Under the pieces are notes generated by a model that made no database searches, had not been told where the DNA came from, and saw only the letters and a program-made list of their open reading frames with translations. This document shows, one piece after another, positions 25,678 through 35,814 of a stretch of DNA of 64,000 nt (the first letter of the stretch is position 1; every line of letters starts with the position of its first letter). This DNA is from an uncultured Pelagibacteraceae bacterium (lineage in GTDB: Bacteria; Pseudomonadota; Alphaproteobacteria; Pelagibacterales; Pelagibacteraceae), in the NCBI GenBank assembly GCA_902594405.1, contig CACJMB010000005.1, forward strand, positions 11,657 through 75,656. The letters are read 5' to 3'. The position numbers and the translations under genes are program-made.

Positions 25678-26154
25678 ATGATTAAAATTACAAAACCCTT
25701 ATTACAAAAAGCATTAATTGCAGGTTTTTTTTCAGCATTTACAATTGGTGTACTAACAGTCCTTACTTACAAAAGTACACTCGGATATTTTATTGCAGCC
25801 TCTTTTGGTTCTTCAATGGTTTTACTATTTGGTTTTCCTGAAAGCCCATTTGCACAACCAAAAAATGTTTTTTTTGGACATTTGGTAACTGCTTTAGTAG
25901 GAGTAATTTTTGTAAACTTTATTCCACTTCCGATTTATATCAGTATTGCAATCGCTGTTGGAGCTGGAGTTTTTTTAATGATTTTATTTAATATTGTTCA
26001 CCCACCTGCTGGTGGAAATCCAATCATAGTTATTATTGGAAGTGTCTCTTATGATTATTTAATTAATCCAATAATTTTTGGTTGTATAATTATATTGTTA
26101 TTAGCAATTATAATTAACAAATATTTATTAAAAAAGAACTATCCACTAAAATAA
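25678..26154 (+). CDS. HPP-family membrane protein
   Basis: ESPFAQPKNVFFGH and VHPPAGGNP motifs. Confidence 0.9.
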   Translation: MIKITKPLLQKALIAGFFSAFTIGVLTVLTYKSTLGYFIAASFGSSMVLLFGFPESPFAQPKNVFFGHLVTALVGVIFVNFIPLPIYISIAIAVGAGVFLMILFNIVHPPAGGNPIIVIIGSVSYDYLINPIIFGCIIILLLAIIINKYLLKKNYPLK

Positions 26155-26158
26155 TTTA

Positions 26159-26998
26159 ATGAATTCTAAATACAAAGTTTTAAAATATTCATCTAATAAG
26201 TTTGAAAATATAGATGACTTAATTTCAATTGAAGAACCATTGGAGATTTCATTAAAGTTTAAGGAATCTGATAAATGGATAAATCAAAGTTTATCTATAA
26301 CAATGAGAACTCCTGGTGATGATGAAGATCTTGTAAGAGGATTTTTATATAATGAGCAAATTATAACAAATATTGGTGATATTGACTCAATAGAAAGTTA
26401 TGGAGATAAAGTTGGTCAATACAATATTCAAAATAAAATATTAGCAACTTTAAATAATTCTAAAAATATAAATATTGCAAAAATAAAAAGAGACTTTTTA
26501 ACTAATTCCTCATGTGGTGTATGTGGAAAATCTTCTCTTGATGCTCTAGAAATAATTAAAAAAAATAAAACAAATTCATCAGAACCCAAAATCAAAAAAG
26601 AGGTAATTGTTAAATCACCAGATATATTGAGAGAAGGCCAATCAGAATTCAGTAAAACAGGTGGAATTCATGCAAGTGGTCTTTTTAATAGCAATGGAGA
26701 ATTAGTTGCTGTCAGAGAGGATGTAGGAAGACATAATGCTCTTGATAAACTTATTGGTTGTGCATTAAAGAACAATCAAATTGATCCGAAAAACCAATTT
26801 ATAACATGCTCAGGTAGACTAAATTTTGAATTGGTTCAAAAGGTTTTGATGACGGATATAGGTATAATGATAGGTGTTGGTGCGCCAACTAGTCTTGCTA
26901 TCGATTTAGCGAATAAATTTGACATTACCCTTGTTGGTTTCGTAAAGAGGGACAGTTTTAATATTTACACAAATAACAAAAAAGTTATTGTGGGCTAA
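26159..26998 (+). CDS. fdhD: Formate dehydrogenase accessory sulfurtransferase
   Basis: MRTPG, SSCGVCG, TGGIHA, EDVGRHNALDK and GAPTSLA motifs. Confidence 0.95.
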   Translation: MNSKYKVLKYSSNKFENIDDLISIEEPLEISLKFKESDKWINQSLSITMRTPGDDEDLVRGFLYNEQIITNIGDIDSIESYGDKVGQYNIQNKILATLNNSKNINIAKIKRDFLTNSSCGVCGKSSLDALEIIKKNKTNSSEPKIKKEVIVKSPDILREGQSEFSKTGGIHASGLFNSNGELVAVREDVGRHNALDKLIGCALKNNQIDPKNQFITCSGRLNFELVQKVLMTDIGIMIGVGAPTSLAIDLANKFDITLVGFVKRDSFNIYTNNKKVIVG

Positions 26999-27016
26999 AT
27001 TAATAAAAGGGTATTT

Positions 27017-28672
27017 GTGTCAAAAAATATAAGTAATTTATCAGGCAGAATAGGCTTAAAAGATAACCTATTTAAGCAAATCTCAGAAAATACCTTAAGC
27101 GATAATCCACAAGATATTAAAGAAATTGCCAAAAAACATAACCTAGGTGTTTCAACTCTTCATGGTGCTGAATCCTTTTATGAATTTTTGAGACCCTCTC
27201 ATAGAGAAAAGAAAGCTTTTGTTTGTAACGGTAGTGCATGCATGTGCGCGGGAACTCAAGACAAATTAAAAAATAAATTAAAAGAAAAACTAGGTGATGA
27301 CAAAGTTGGAGAAATGTTCTGCTTAGGTCATTGTTATGAAAACCATGCATTTCACTATGATGGAGAAAATTATGCTGGTAAAGATATAGAAAAAATTGAC
27401 CAAATAATTAAAGGTGAGGAAATTAAGCGAGAAAAATTTTTCTCAAAAAGTTTTGCTACAACAAGTTTTTTAATGGATGACAAATTATCCTCAACAGATC
27501 AATTTAAAGAGCAATTAAGTAAATTTTTAAAAACAGACAAAAAAGAAATAGTAAAATCATTATTAGATTCAAATTTAACAGGAAGAGGCGGTGCTGGTTT
27601 TCCAACAGGAATGAAATGGGATTTCTGTAGCAAAGCAAAAGGAGATAAAAAATATGTTATCTGTAATGCAGATGAGGGCGACTCTGGTGCTTTCTCAGAC
27701 AGATACTTATTAGAGGACCAACCTTTAAAAGTTATTTTTGGAATGGTAATTTGTGGTTATGTGATAGGAAGTAATGAAGGAGTTTTGTACATTAGAGGTG
27801 AATATCCTAAATCTATTGAAGCAATTAATGGGAGCATCAATGAACTTAAAAAATTAAATTTATTAGGTGAAAATATTTTAGGAAATGATTTTTCTTTTGA
27901 TCTTGGAATTTGTATCGGACAAGGTGCTTATATTTGTGGAGAAGAAACAGCTTTGATTGCATCTATTGAAGGAAGAAGAGCAGAAGTTGATGTAAGACCT
28001 CCGTTTCCTGTAACAGAAGGCTTATATAAAAAACCAACGGTAGTTAATAATGTTGAAACATTAGCTGCTGCAACTGGAATTTTATTAAATGGATCAGAAA
28101 AATTTTCTTCAGTTGGAAATAAAAAATCAGCTGGAACAAAATTAGTTTGTTTAGATAGTTTCTTTAACAACCCAGGTGTTTATGAAATTGATATGGGTAC
28201 GCCAATGAAAAAAATATTTAATGAAATTGGTGGTGGATACAAAGAACCTGTTAAAGCATTTCAAATTGGAGGCCCATTAGGTGGGGTTGTTCCTTTAAGT
28301 GAAATAGAAAATTTAAATTTAGATTTTCAAGAGTTCACAGCAAAAGGTTTTATGTTAGGTCACGCAAGTGTAGTTAGTATTCCAAAAGATTTTCCAATGG
28401 CTGAATATATTCATCACTTGTTTGAATTCTCAGCAGAGGAATCGTGCGGGAAATGTTTCCCAGGAAGACTTGGATCTTACAGAGGTAAGGAGATGTTTGA
28501 TCAAGCTAAGAAGAAAACAGCTAAAATTCCTTTAAAATTACTAGAAGAATTGTTGGTTACCATGCAAAAAGGATGCCTATGTGCACTTTGTGGAGCAATC
28601 CCAACTCCAATTCAGAACATTCTAAAATACTTTGGTGATGAAATGAAAAATGATATGGTGAAAGATAATTAA
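27017..28672 (+). CDS. NAD-dependent formate dehydrogenase beta (NuoF-like) subunit with fused NuoE-like N-terminus
   Basis: N-terminal VCNGSACMC...CLGHC, then GRGGAGF, NADEGD, YICGEETAL and ESCGKCFP...CLCALC. GTG start. Confidence 0.88.
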   Translation: MSKNISNLSGRIGLKDNLFKQISENTLSDNPQDIKEIAKKHNLGVSTLHGAESFYEFLRPSHREKKAFVCNGSACMCAGTQDKLKNKLKEKLGDDKVGEMFCLGHCYENHAFHYDGENYAGKDIEKIDQIIKGEEIKREKFFSKSFATTSFLMDDKLSSTDQFKEQLSKFLKTDKKEIVKSLLDSNLTGRGGAGFPTGMKWDFCSKAKGDKKYVICNADEGDSGAFSDRYLLEDQPLKVIFGMVICGYVIGSNEGVLYIRGEYPKSIEAINGSINELKKLNLLGENILGNDFSFDLGICIGQGAYICGEETALIASIEGRRAEVDVRPPFPVTEGLYKKPTVVNNVETLAAATGILLNGSEKFSSVGNKKSAGTKLVCLDSFFNNPGVYEIDMGTPMKKIFNEIGGGYKEPVKAFQIGGPLGGVVPLSEIENLNLDFQEFTAKGFMLGHASVVSIPKDFPMAEYIHHLFEFSAEESCGKCFPGRLGSYRGKEMFDQAKKKTAKIPLKLLEELLVTMQKGCLCALCGAIPTPIQNILKYFGDEMKNDMVKDN

Positions 28673-31440
28673 TGAGCTCAGAAAAAAGAAAAATTGCATA
28701 TATTGATGGAAAACCATACGAAATTGGTCCTAAACACACATCTATCTTAAAATTTGTAAAAAGCTATGTAGGTGAAAAAAAAGTACCTACTTTATGCGAT
28801 GATCCAAACCTAGCTCCTTATGGTGCTTGCAGAGTTTGCTCTGTAGAAGTTGCTTTAGAAAAAGATGGTCCAACAAGAGTGGTCGCATCTTGTCATACTC
28901 CAGTTGCTGAAAACCAACATATCTTTACTTCAAATGAAGCTTTAACAAGTCTAAGAAAAAATATTGTTGAATTAGTTTTAACTGATCATCCAATGGAATG
29001 TGATACTTGTGAGGTAAACAATAATTGTGAATTACAAACAGTAGCAAACGATCTAGGAGTTGCTGATCACAGATACAACAGTCCTAAACAGCACAAAGGT
29101 ATACCAAGAGATACTTCTCACGATTACATGAGAATGAACTTGGACAATTGTATTAATTGTGGAAGATGTGTTAGAGCCTGTGATGAAATTCAAGGTTCGT
29201 TTGTACTAACAATGAGCGGAAGAGGTTTTGAATCTAGAATAACAACTGACAATGATATGATGTTTGGAGATAGTTCGTGTGTTTCTTGTGGTGCTTGCGC
29301 TCACACTTGTCCAACAGATGCAATTTCAGATGTTTTCCAATCTAAATCTGCGGCTGTAGATAAAAAAGTAAGAACAACTTGTTCATACTGTGGTGTTGGA
29401 TGTAATTTAGAAGCATCAATAAAAGATGATAAAGTTGTTGCAATAGATACTCCAAAACAAACAGAAGTAAATGCTGGTCATACATGTATTAAAGGAAGAT
29501 ATGCATTTAGTTTTTATGATCATCCAGACAGATTAAAAACACCATTAATTAAAAGAAATGGAAAGTTTGAAGAAGCTTCTTGGGATGAAGCTTATGAATT
29601 CATTAAAAAAGAAATGAATAGAATTACAAAAGATAATGGTCCAGATGCCTTTGCTGGAATTTCTTCTGCAAGATGTACGAATGAAGAAAATTATGTTTTT
29701 CAAAAAATGATTAGAGCTGCTGTAGGAACTAACAGTGTAGACTGTTGTGCAAGAATTTGTCATTCACCAACAGCTTGGGGAATGCAACAAACTTTTGGGA
29801 CTGGGGCAGCAACTAACTCTACAGAAGATATTTATCATGCAGATTTATTTTTGGTAATTGGAGCTAATCCAACTAACGCTCATCCTGTAACAGGTGCAAA
29901 AATAAAACAACAAGTCATGAAAGGTAAAAAATTAATTGTACTTGATCCAGTTACAACTGAATTAGCAAAACTTGCTGATTATCATATTAAACTAAGACCA
30001 GGAACTAACGTTGCGGTATTAAATATGATGTTGCACTTTATTATTAAATCAAAACTTTATAATGCAGATTTTGTTAGAGATAGAACAGAAGGTTTTGATA
30101 ATTTTTTAAAAGAAATTGAAAGACAAGATGTTGATCATTTAGCAAAAGTAGCTGGTGTAGATAAACAATTAGTTAAAGAAGCAGCAATTGCATATGCTAC
30201 TGCAAGAAATTCAATGGAGTTCCATGGTTTAGGAGTTACTGAACACGAGCAGGGATCTAAAACAGTAATGTTAATTGCAGATCTAGCAATGATTACTGGA
30301 AACATTGGACGAAAAGGTGTTGGAGTTAATCCTTTAAGAGGTCAAAACAATGTTCAAGGTGCAGCAGATATGGGATGTCAACCACACCAAGGTGCTGGAT
30401 ATTTCCCTGTAGCTGATGAAAAGCATCAAGAATTCTACACAGAAAAATATGGAGTAACTCACCCAACTAAGCCAGGATTAAAAATTCCTCAGATGTTTGA
30501 AGCTGCAATAAACAAGGAATTAAAAGGTTTATGGATTATAGGGGAAGACATTGTTCAAACAGATCCTAATAGTGCACATGTAATTGAAGCTATGAACTCT
30601 TTAGAACTTTTAGTCGTTCAAGAAATATTTATGAGTGAAACAGCAAAATTAGCAACTGTTGTTCTGCCAGGTACAACGTTCTTAGAAAAAGATGGAACTT
30701 TTACAAATACTGAGAGAAGAATTCAAAGAGTGAACAGAGCTGTGCCTCCTCTACCAGGCACTAAACCTGATGGATTAATTGTAACTGAGATGATGCAGAA
30801 ATTAGGATTTGATCAGCCAACTTATGATGCAGATCAAGTTCTAGCAGAAATTGCTGATATCGTTCCTTTCTTTAAGGGTGTTACTCGAGAGAGACTTGGA
30901 AAATTTGGATTACAATGGCCAGTTCAAGAAGATGGAACTGATACAAAAATTTTACATACAGAAACATTTAAATTAGGTAAAGGCAGACTAAAAAACTTTG
31001 ATTGGAAAGAATCATCAGAAATAGAGGCTAATCAGAAAGACTACCCTTTGATTTTAACAACTAGTAGAGTTTTACAACATTACAACGCAGCAACAATGAC
31101 TAGAAGAACAAAAAATATAAATATTGTTGATGAAGATGTTTTATTAATTCATCCTAAAGATGCAGCACATAGAGATCTAAATACTGGTGATATCGGAAGA
31201 CTTTATTCAGGTAGAGGCGAGGTTGCACTTAAAGTTGAGGTTACAGATAAAGTTAAAGAAGGAATTGTGTTTACTACGTTCCATTTCCCAGAGCATATGG
31301 TTAATATGGTTACAGGTCATGGTAAAGATGAAGAAACAATGTGTGCAGAATACAAAGTATCTTCTGTTGAAGTACAAAAAATCTCTAATCAATTTAAAAC
31401 AGAAGTTAAACCAAAAGAAAATCAAGCTGAAGTTAGTTAA
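28672..31440 (+). CDS. fdhF: Formate dehydrogenase alpha subunit (Mo-bisPGD, FdsA/FdhF type)
   Basis: 2Fe-2S and 4Fe-4S Cys clusters, CSYCGVGC, ARICHS (Cys ligand) and LRGQNNVQG. Confidence 0.93.
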   Translation: MSSEKRKIAYIDGKPYEIGPKHTSILKFVKSYVGEKKVPTLCDDPNLAPYGACRVCSVEVALEKDGPTRVVASCHTPVAENQHIFTSNEALTSLRKNIVELVLTDHPMECDTCEVNNNCELQTVANDLGVADHRYNSPKQHKGIPRDTSHDYMRMNLDNCINCGRCVRACDEIQGSFVLTMSGRGFESRITTDNDMMFGDSSCVSCGACAHTCPTDAISDVFQSKSAAVDKKVRTTCSYCGVGCNLEASIKDDKVVAIDTPKQTEVNAGHTCIKGRYAFSFYDHPDRLKTPLIKRNGKFEEASWDEAYEFIKKEMNRITKDNGPDAFAGISSARCTNEENYVFQKMIRAAVGTNSVDCCARICHSPTAWGMQQTFGTGAATNSTEDIYHADLFLVIGANPTNAHPVTGAKIKQQVMKGKKLIVLDPVTTELAKLADYHIKLRPGTNVAVLNMMLHFIIKSKLYNADFVRDRTEGFDNFLKEIERQDVDHLAKVAGVDKQLVKEAAIAYATARNSMEFHGLGVTEHEQGSKTVMLIADLAMITGNIGRKGVGVNPLRGQNNVQGAADMGCQPHQGAGYFPVADEKHQEFYTEKYGVTHPTKPGLKIPQMFEAAINKELKGLWIIGEDIVQTDPNSAHVIEAMNSLELLVVQEIFMSETAKLATVVLPGTTFLEKDGTFTNTERRIQRVNRAVPPLPGTKPDGLIVTEMMQKLGFDQPTYDADQVLAEIADIVPFFKGVTRERLGKFGLQWPVQEDGTDTKILHTETFKLGKGRLKNFDWKESSEIEANQKDYPLILTTSRVLQHYNAATMTRRTKNINIVDEDVLLIHPKDAAHRDLNTGDIGRLYSGRGEVALKVEVTDKVKEGIVFTTFHFPEHMVNMVTGHGKDEETMCAEYKVSSVEVQKISNQFKTEVKPKENQAEVS

Positions 31441-31445
31441 TTAAA

Positions 31446-32891
31446 ATGACCATTGGTTGGCATTTTGATAATACCTATTCAAAGTTATCAAATACGTTTA
31501 AAGAAAATATTAAACCAACTCCTGTTCATGATCCTGAGTTGGTAATTTTAAATGAGGAACTAGCCTCTACTTTAAATTTAGATTTTTCAAAAACAGACAA
31601 AAAAAAATTAGCAGAAATATTTTCTGGAAACTCCATACCGGAAGAAACTAATACTATTGCGCAAGCATATGCAGGTCATCAATTTGGACACTTTACTATG
31701 TTAGGAGATGGTAGAGCAGTTTTATTGGGTGAGCATTTAGTAAACAATGACAATCGTTTTGACATTCAGTTTAAAGGTTCAGGAAGAACTTCTTTTTCTA
31801 GAGGTGGTGACGGAAGAGCAGCACTAGGACCTATGCTTAGAGAATATATTATCAGTGAAGCGATACATTCATTAAATATTCCAACTACTAGAAGTCTTGC
31901 TGTTGTTAAAACTGGAGAAAAAGTTGTAAGAGAAAATCTTTTACAGGGCGCTATATTAACAAGAGTTGCATCAAGTCATCTTCGGGTTGGAACATTTCAA
32001 TATATTGCTGCAACTCAAAACATTGAAAACTTAAATACTTTAGTCGACTACACAATAAACAGACATTATCCGGAAATTAAAATATCAAATTCAAAAGCAT
32101 TAGACTTGTTAAATCTTGTTATGGAAAAGCAATGCCAGCTAGTAATCAATTGGATGAGAGTTGGATTTATTCATGGGGTTATGAATACTGATAATATGGC
32201 AATTTCAGGTGAAACCATTGATTATGGTCCTTGTGCATTTATGGATCATTATGATCCAAAAACTGTATTTAGCTCAATCGATAAATTCGGAAGATATGCC
32301 TTTTCTAATCAACCACCAATTACAAAGTGGAATTTAGCAAGATTTGCAGAATGTTTAATCCCTCTAATTGATAAAAATGAAGATACTGCAATTAAATTAG
32401 CAACAGATTTAATAGATAATTTCCAAAATATTTATGAAAATAAGTGGTTAAATATGATGAGAGATAAGCTTGGTCTATTCGGTGAGGATAAAAATGATAA
32501 AAAATTAATTAATGATTTATTTAATTGGATGGAAAAAAATAAAGCAGATTACACAAACACTTTTTGTAATCTAATGGATATCAATTCTGATGAAATTTAT
32601 AAAAATAATGATTTTATCAATTGGAAAAATGAATGGAAAAAAAGATCTGAGTTAAATAATTCAACTAAGGAAAAACAAAGCAAACTTATGAAATCAAATA
32701 ATCCAATTGTAATTCCTAGAAATCACAAAGTAGAGGAAGCTTTAGCTGAAGCAGAAAAAGGAAGTTTAGATAAAATGAAAAAGTTATTAGCTATTTTAAA
32801 AAATCCTTATGATAATCAGAGTAATATTGAAGAATATCAAGAGCCTGCTCCATCGAGTAACGAAAAGTATCAAACTTTTTGTGGAACTTAA
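31446..32891 (+). CDS. selO: Protein adenylyltransferase SelO/YdiU
   Basis: YAGHQFG, LGDGRA, GDGRA, HGVMNTDN, IDYGP and C-terminal TFCGT. Confidence 0.95.
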   Translation: MTIGWHFDNTYSKLSNTFKENIKPTPVHDPELVILNEELASTLNLDFSKTDKKKLAEIFSGNSIPEETNTIAQAYAGHQFGHFTMLGDGRAVLLGEHLVNNDNRFDIQFKGSGRTSFSRGGDGRAALGPMLREYIISEAIHSLNIPTTRSLAVVKTGEKVVRENLLQGAILTRVASSHLRVGTFQYIAATQNIENLNTLVDYTINRHYPEIKISNSKALDLLNLVMEKQCQLVINWMRVGFIHGVMNTDNMAISGETIDYGPCAFMDHYDPKTVFSSIDKFGRYAFSNQPPITKWNLARFAECLIPLIDKNEDTAIKLATDLIDNFQNIYENKWLNMMRDKLGLFGEDKNDKKLINDLFNWMEKNKADYTNTFCNLMDINSDEIYKNNDFINWKNEWKKRSELNNSTKEKQSKLMKSNNPIVIPRNHKVEEALAEAEKGSLDKMKKLLAILKNPYDNQSNIEEYQEPAPSSNEKYQTFCGT

Positions 32892-32892
32892 T

Positions 32893-33996
32893 TTATAGAA
32901 CGTAGGGCTCTGGCCTAGCTGTTTTACCCAAAACTCTCTCAACTGCGAAATCACTTATATCAATTGTTTGGTATGATCCTGTTGTGATTAATTCAGTTAA
33001 GGCTCTACCGATACCTGGTGCCTGCATTAATCCTCGGCCTGTAAATCCAGAGGCCATGTAAACATTGTCATATTTTGGATGCTTACCAACAACTGCATTA
33101 TTATCTAATCTATTACAATCATAGTAACCTGCCCATCCACCAGTTAACTTTAACTCTTCAAAGGCAGGTATTCTCTTAGCAAGAGCTGGCCAAACTAATT
33201 CCTCAAAATCATTCCAAGCTGGTTCCAAATCATCTGCATCAAATACAGAAATAGGCGATCCTGCTAAATATTCTCCTCCTTCTGGTCTCCAATAAACACC
33301 AGTTGTTAAGTCTCCACTTAGTGGCATCTCTTTTATATATGTTGGGCATTTTACTCTAAACACAGTGTGCTTTTGAGGAACAACAGGAATATCATCTAAC
33401 AATTCTTTAGTCCAGCAACCAGCTGCGGAAACAATTGTTTTAGCATTTATTTCAGAAATACTTTTTACTTCACCTTTAGTAAATTCTGCTCCAAGCTCTA
33501 TTGCTTTACTTTTAAGAGCGCTATGAAACATAAATGGATCAATCCATCCTTCACTTTGATTATCCGTATAAGTTGCTGTCTCTATCCCTTCACTATTAAC
33601 ATAAGGGAAAACCTTGGATAATTCTGATCCTTTAATATTTTTTGTTCCTGCATCACATTCTTTATGATTTTCTAATGCTCTATATTGTTCTTCAGCATGC
33701 TCAGGACCAAACATTAAAAGATATCCATTGGTTACCATACTAGCTGTTGGGTTAGGGTTTTTTTCTGTTTTTAATAATTCTGGTATTTGAAAAATAAATT
33801 CTCTTGCAAATTTTCCTAATAAAATATTTTCTTTTTGGAAAAATTGTCTTCTAAAACCACCTAGAGATAATGGGAATGAAGCTGTTTTATAAGTAGGATC
33901 TCTTTCAATAACTTTTACTTTTCTACCTTCTTTGGATAAAAAATAAGCGGTTGCCGCACCTATTATTCCACCACCAATTACTACAACATCATCCAT
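32893..33996 (-). CDS. FAD-dependent oxidoreductase (DAO/sarcosine oxidase-beta/FOXRED1-like)
   Basis: GGGIIG FAD motif, ERDPTY, GGFRRQF and GFTGRGLMQAPGIG. Confidence 0.85.
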   Translation of the reverse strand: MDDVVVIGGGIIGAATAYFLSKEGRKVKVIERDPTYKTASFPLSLGGFRRQFFQKENILLGKFAREFIFQIPELLKTEKNPNPTASMVTNGYLLMFGPEHAEEQYRALENHKECDAGTKNIKGSELSKVFPYVNSEGIETATYTDNQSEGWIDPFMFHSALKSKAIELGAEFTKGEVKSISEINAKTIVSAAGCWTKELLDDIPVVPQKHTVFRVKCPTYIKEMPLSGDLTTGVYWRPEGGEYLAGSPISVFDADDLEPAWNDFEELVWPALAKRIPAFEELKLTGGWAGYYDCNRLDNNAVVGKHPKYDNVYMASGFTGRGLMQAPGIGRALTELITTGSYQTIDISDFAVERVLGKTARPEPYVL

Positions 33997-33998
33997 AT

Positions 33999-34466
33999 CT
34001 AATTTAACATAATTAAGCTTGTATTCAGAATTAGTGCAAAGCTACACCAAAGTAAATATGGAATCATTAGATAGGCACTCAACATCTTGACGCGTTTAAA
34101 CTTTAAAATAAGATTGATTATCAATGCTATTAGTATGATTAATACTAGAAGAGCCAAAACCATATTGTGAAAAACAAAAAAAACTACACTCCAAGTTGTA
34201 TTGAATACTAAATGAATAAAATAAATATAAACAGTATTCATATCTCTATTTTTCGTATGCCAATAAAGCCATATTGCAACTGTCATCAATGTATACAAGG
34301 TGGTCCAAACAGGTCCGAATATCCAATCTGGTGGATTAAATGATGGTTTATTTAGTAATGAATACCATGGCTCTTTAAAAGTAACAGTAGCTAAACCGCC
34401 AATCAATGAAGCAGAGAATGTAATAGCAAGAAACAATATAAATGTTAAAAATTTATTTTTAAACAT
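33999..34466 (-). CDS. tspO: TspO/MBR-family tryptophan-rich sensory protein
   Basis: WYSLLNKPSFNPPDWIFGPVWT and PYLLWCSFA motifs. The second Met (34466) was chosen as the start. Confidence 0.92.
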   Translation of the reverse strand: MFKNKFLTFILFLAITFSASLIGGLATVTFKEPWYSLLNKPSFNPPDWIFGPVWTTLYTLMTVAIWLYWHTKNRDMNTVYIYFIHLVFNTTWSVVFFVFHNMVLALLVLIILIALIINLILKFKRVKMLSAYLMIPYLLWCSFALILNTSLIMLN

Positions 34467-34489
34467 GTTAGATATATACATAACAAAAA

Positions 34490-35248
34490 ATGAGTAAAAA
34501 AACTATTTGGATTACAGGTGGTAGTACAGGGATTGGAAAAGCTTTAGCAATTAAGTTTGCAAGTAAGGGATGGAATGTTGCTATATCTGCAAGAAGAGCT
34601 GAATTACTAAATGAGCTTTCAAATTCTTATGAAAATATTTCAAGTTTTCCTTTAGACGTAACAGATAAAGAAAAGTGTAAAGAAGTATTTAACGAAATTA
34701 AAAACAAATATGAAAATATAGATATTTGTTTTTTTTCAACTGGAACATGGGATCCCAAAAAAGAAAAAGATATAGATGTTGAACAAATGGAAGATGTTTT
34801 TAAAGTAAATTTTTTTGGAACTGTGAATAGCATCAAAGCAGTTGAACAATACTTTAGAGATAAAAAAAATGGTATAATTACTATTGTTTCGTCAATTGCA
34901 GGATATAGAGGGTTACCTAATTCAACTGGATATGGGCCATCTAAATCTGCATTAAATAACTTAGCTGAAAGTTTGTATTTTGATTTTAAAAGATACAATG
35001 TACGTGTTTGTTTAGTGTCTCCTGGGTTTATTAAAACACCAATGACAGATAAAAATGATTTTAAAATGCCTTTTTTAAAAACTCCTGAGTATGCTGCAGA
35101 TCAAATTTATGAAGGTTTAGTTAACAAAAATATATTTGAAATTCATTTTCCAAAATCACTTACAATTACATTAAAACTATTGAGTTTTTTGCCAAGTAAA
35201 ATTTATTTTGGTTTAGTTGGAAAACTAACGAAATATCAAAAAAAATAG
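34490..35248 (+). CDS. Short-chain dehydrogenase/reductase
   Basis: TGGSTGIG, YGPSK and PGFIKTPMT motifs. Confidence 0.9.
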   Translation: MSKKTIWITGGSTGIGKALAIKFASKGWNVAISARRAELLNELSNSYENISSFPLDVTDKEKCKEVFNEIKNKYENIDICFFSTGTWDPKKEKDIDVEQMEDVFKVNFFGTVNSIKAVEQYFRDKKNGIITIVSSIAGYRGLPNSTGYGPSKSALNNLAESLYFDFKRYNVRVCLVSPGFIKTPMTDKNDFKMPFLKTPEYAADQIYEGLVNKNIFEIHFPKSLTITLKLLSFLPSKIYFGLVGKLTKYQKK

Positions 35249-35809
35249 TTAATCTTTAACAAATACAACTGTCAATTCAGCTACTTTAAAACCAAATTTA
35301 GTCATTGTTGCTCTATTAATTGCAACTCTATCATCTTGTTTAAAAATCCAATCATCGAAAGTTATTTTTAATTCTTTACCTTTAACTGGAACTAATAAAA
35401 CATATTCAAATTTAAACGCAGGTCCGTAAGAATATCCTATTGCTTTACCCACAACATCTCCTGCTGTTCCTTCATAATTATGCTCGTCAATTTTGTTTAT
35501 TGTCCATTCTCGATCTTGAACTTCACCATCATCCCAATTAAATTTTTCTTTAAGAATTAATTGCTTTCCATCCCAAGTTCCATTTAAATCTGCAGAAAAT
35601 TGTCTTGTAACTTTTCCTGATCTATTTTGCAGAACACCCCAGGCCTTAACATTTCCAGATAAGTATTCCTCAATAATTAATCTTGGTTCTTTGTTTTTAA
35701 AGTCTTCTGGTTTCATAGCGCTATTATTTGAGCAACTTGTAATTAAGAATAATGAAATTATCAATGAAATTGACTTAATTATTTTTATATGTCGCATAAA
35801 TATCTCCAT
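35249..35809 (-). CDS. DUF3833-family lipoprotein
   Basis: Lipobox-like ITSC and the FDDWIF...NRATMTKFG motif; typical neighbour of cfa clusters. Confidence 0.8.
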   Translation of the reverse strand: MEIFMRHIKIIKSISLIISLFLITSCSNNSAMKPEDFKNKEPRLIIEEYLSGNVKAWGVLQNRSGKVTRQFSADLNGTWDGKQLILKEKFNWDDGEVQDREWTINKIDEHNYEGTAGDVVGKAIGYSYGPAFKFEYVLLVPVKGKELKITFDDWIFKQDDRVAINRATMTKFGFKVAELTVVFVKD

Positions 35810-35814
35810 TATTT

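Noticed and set aside
28672-31440. Selenocysteine in formate dehydrogenase
   Set aside because: The active-site position is Cys (ARICHS) and there is no in-frame TGA.
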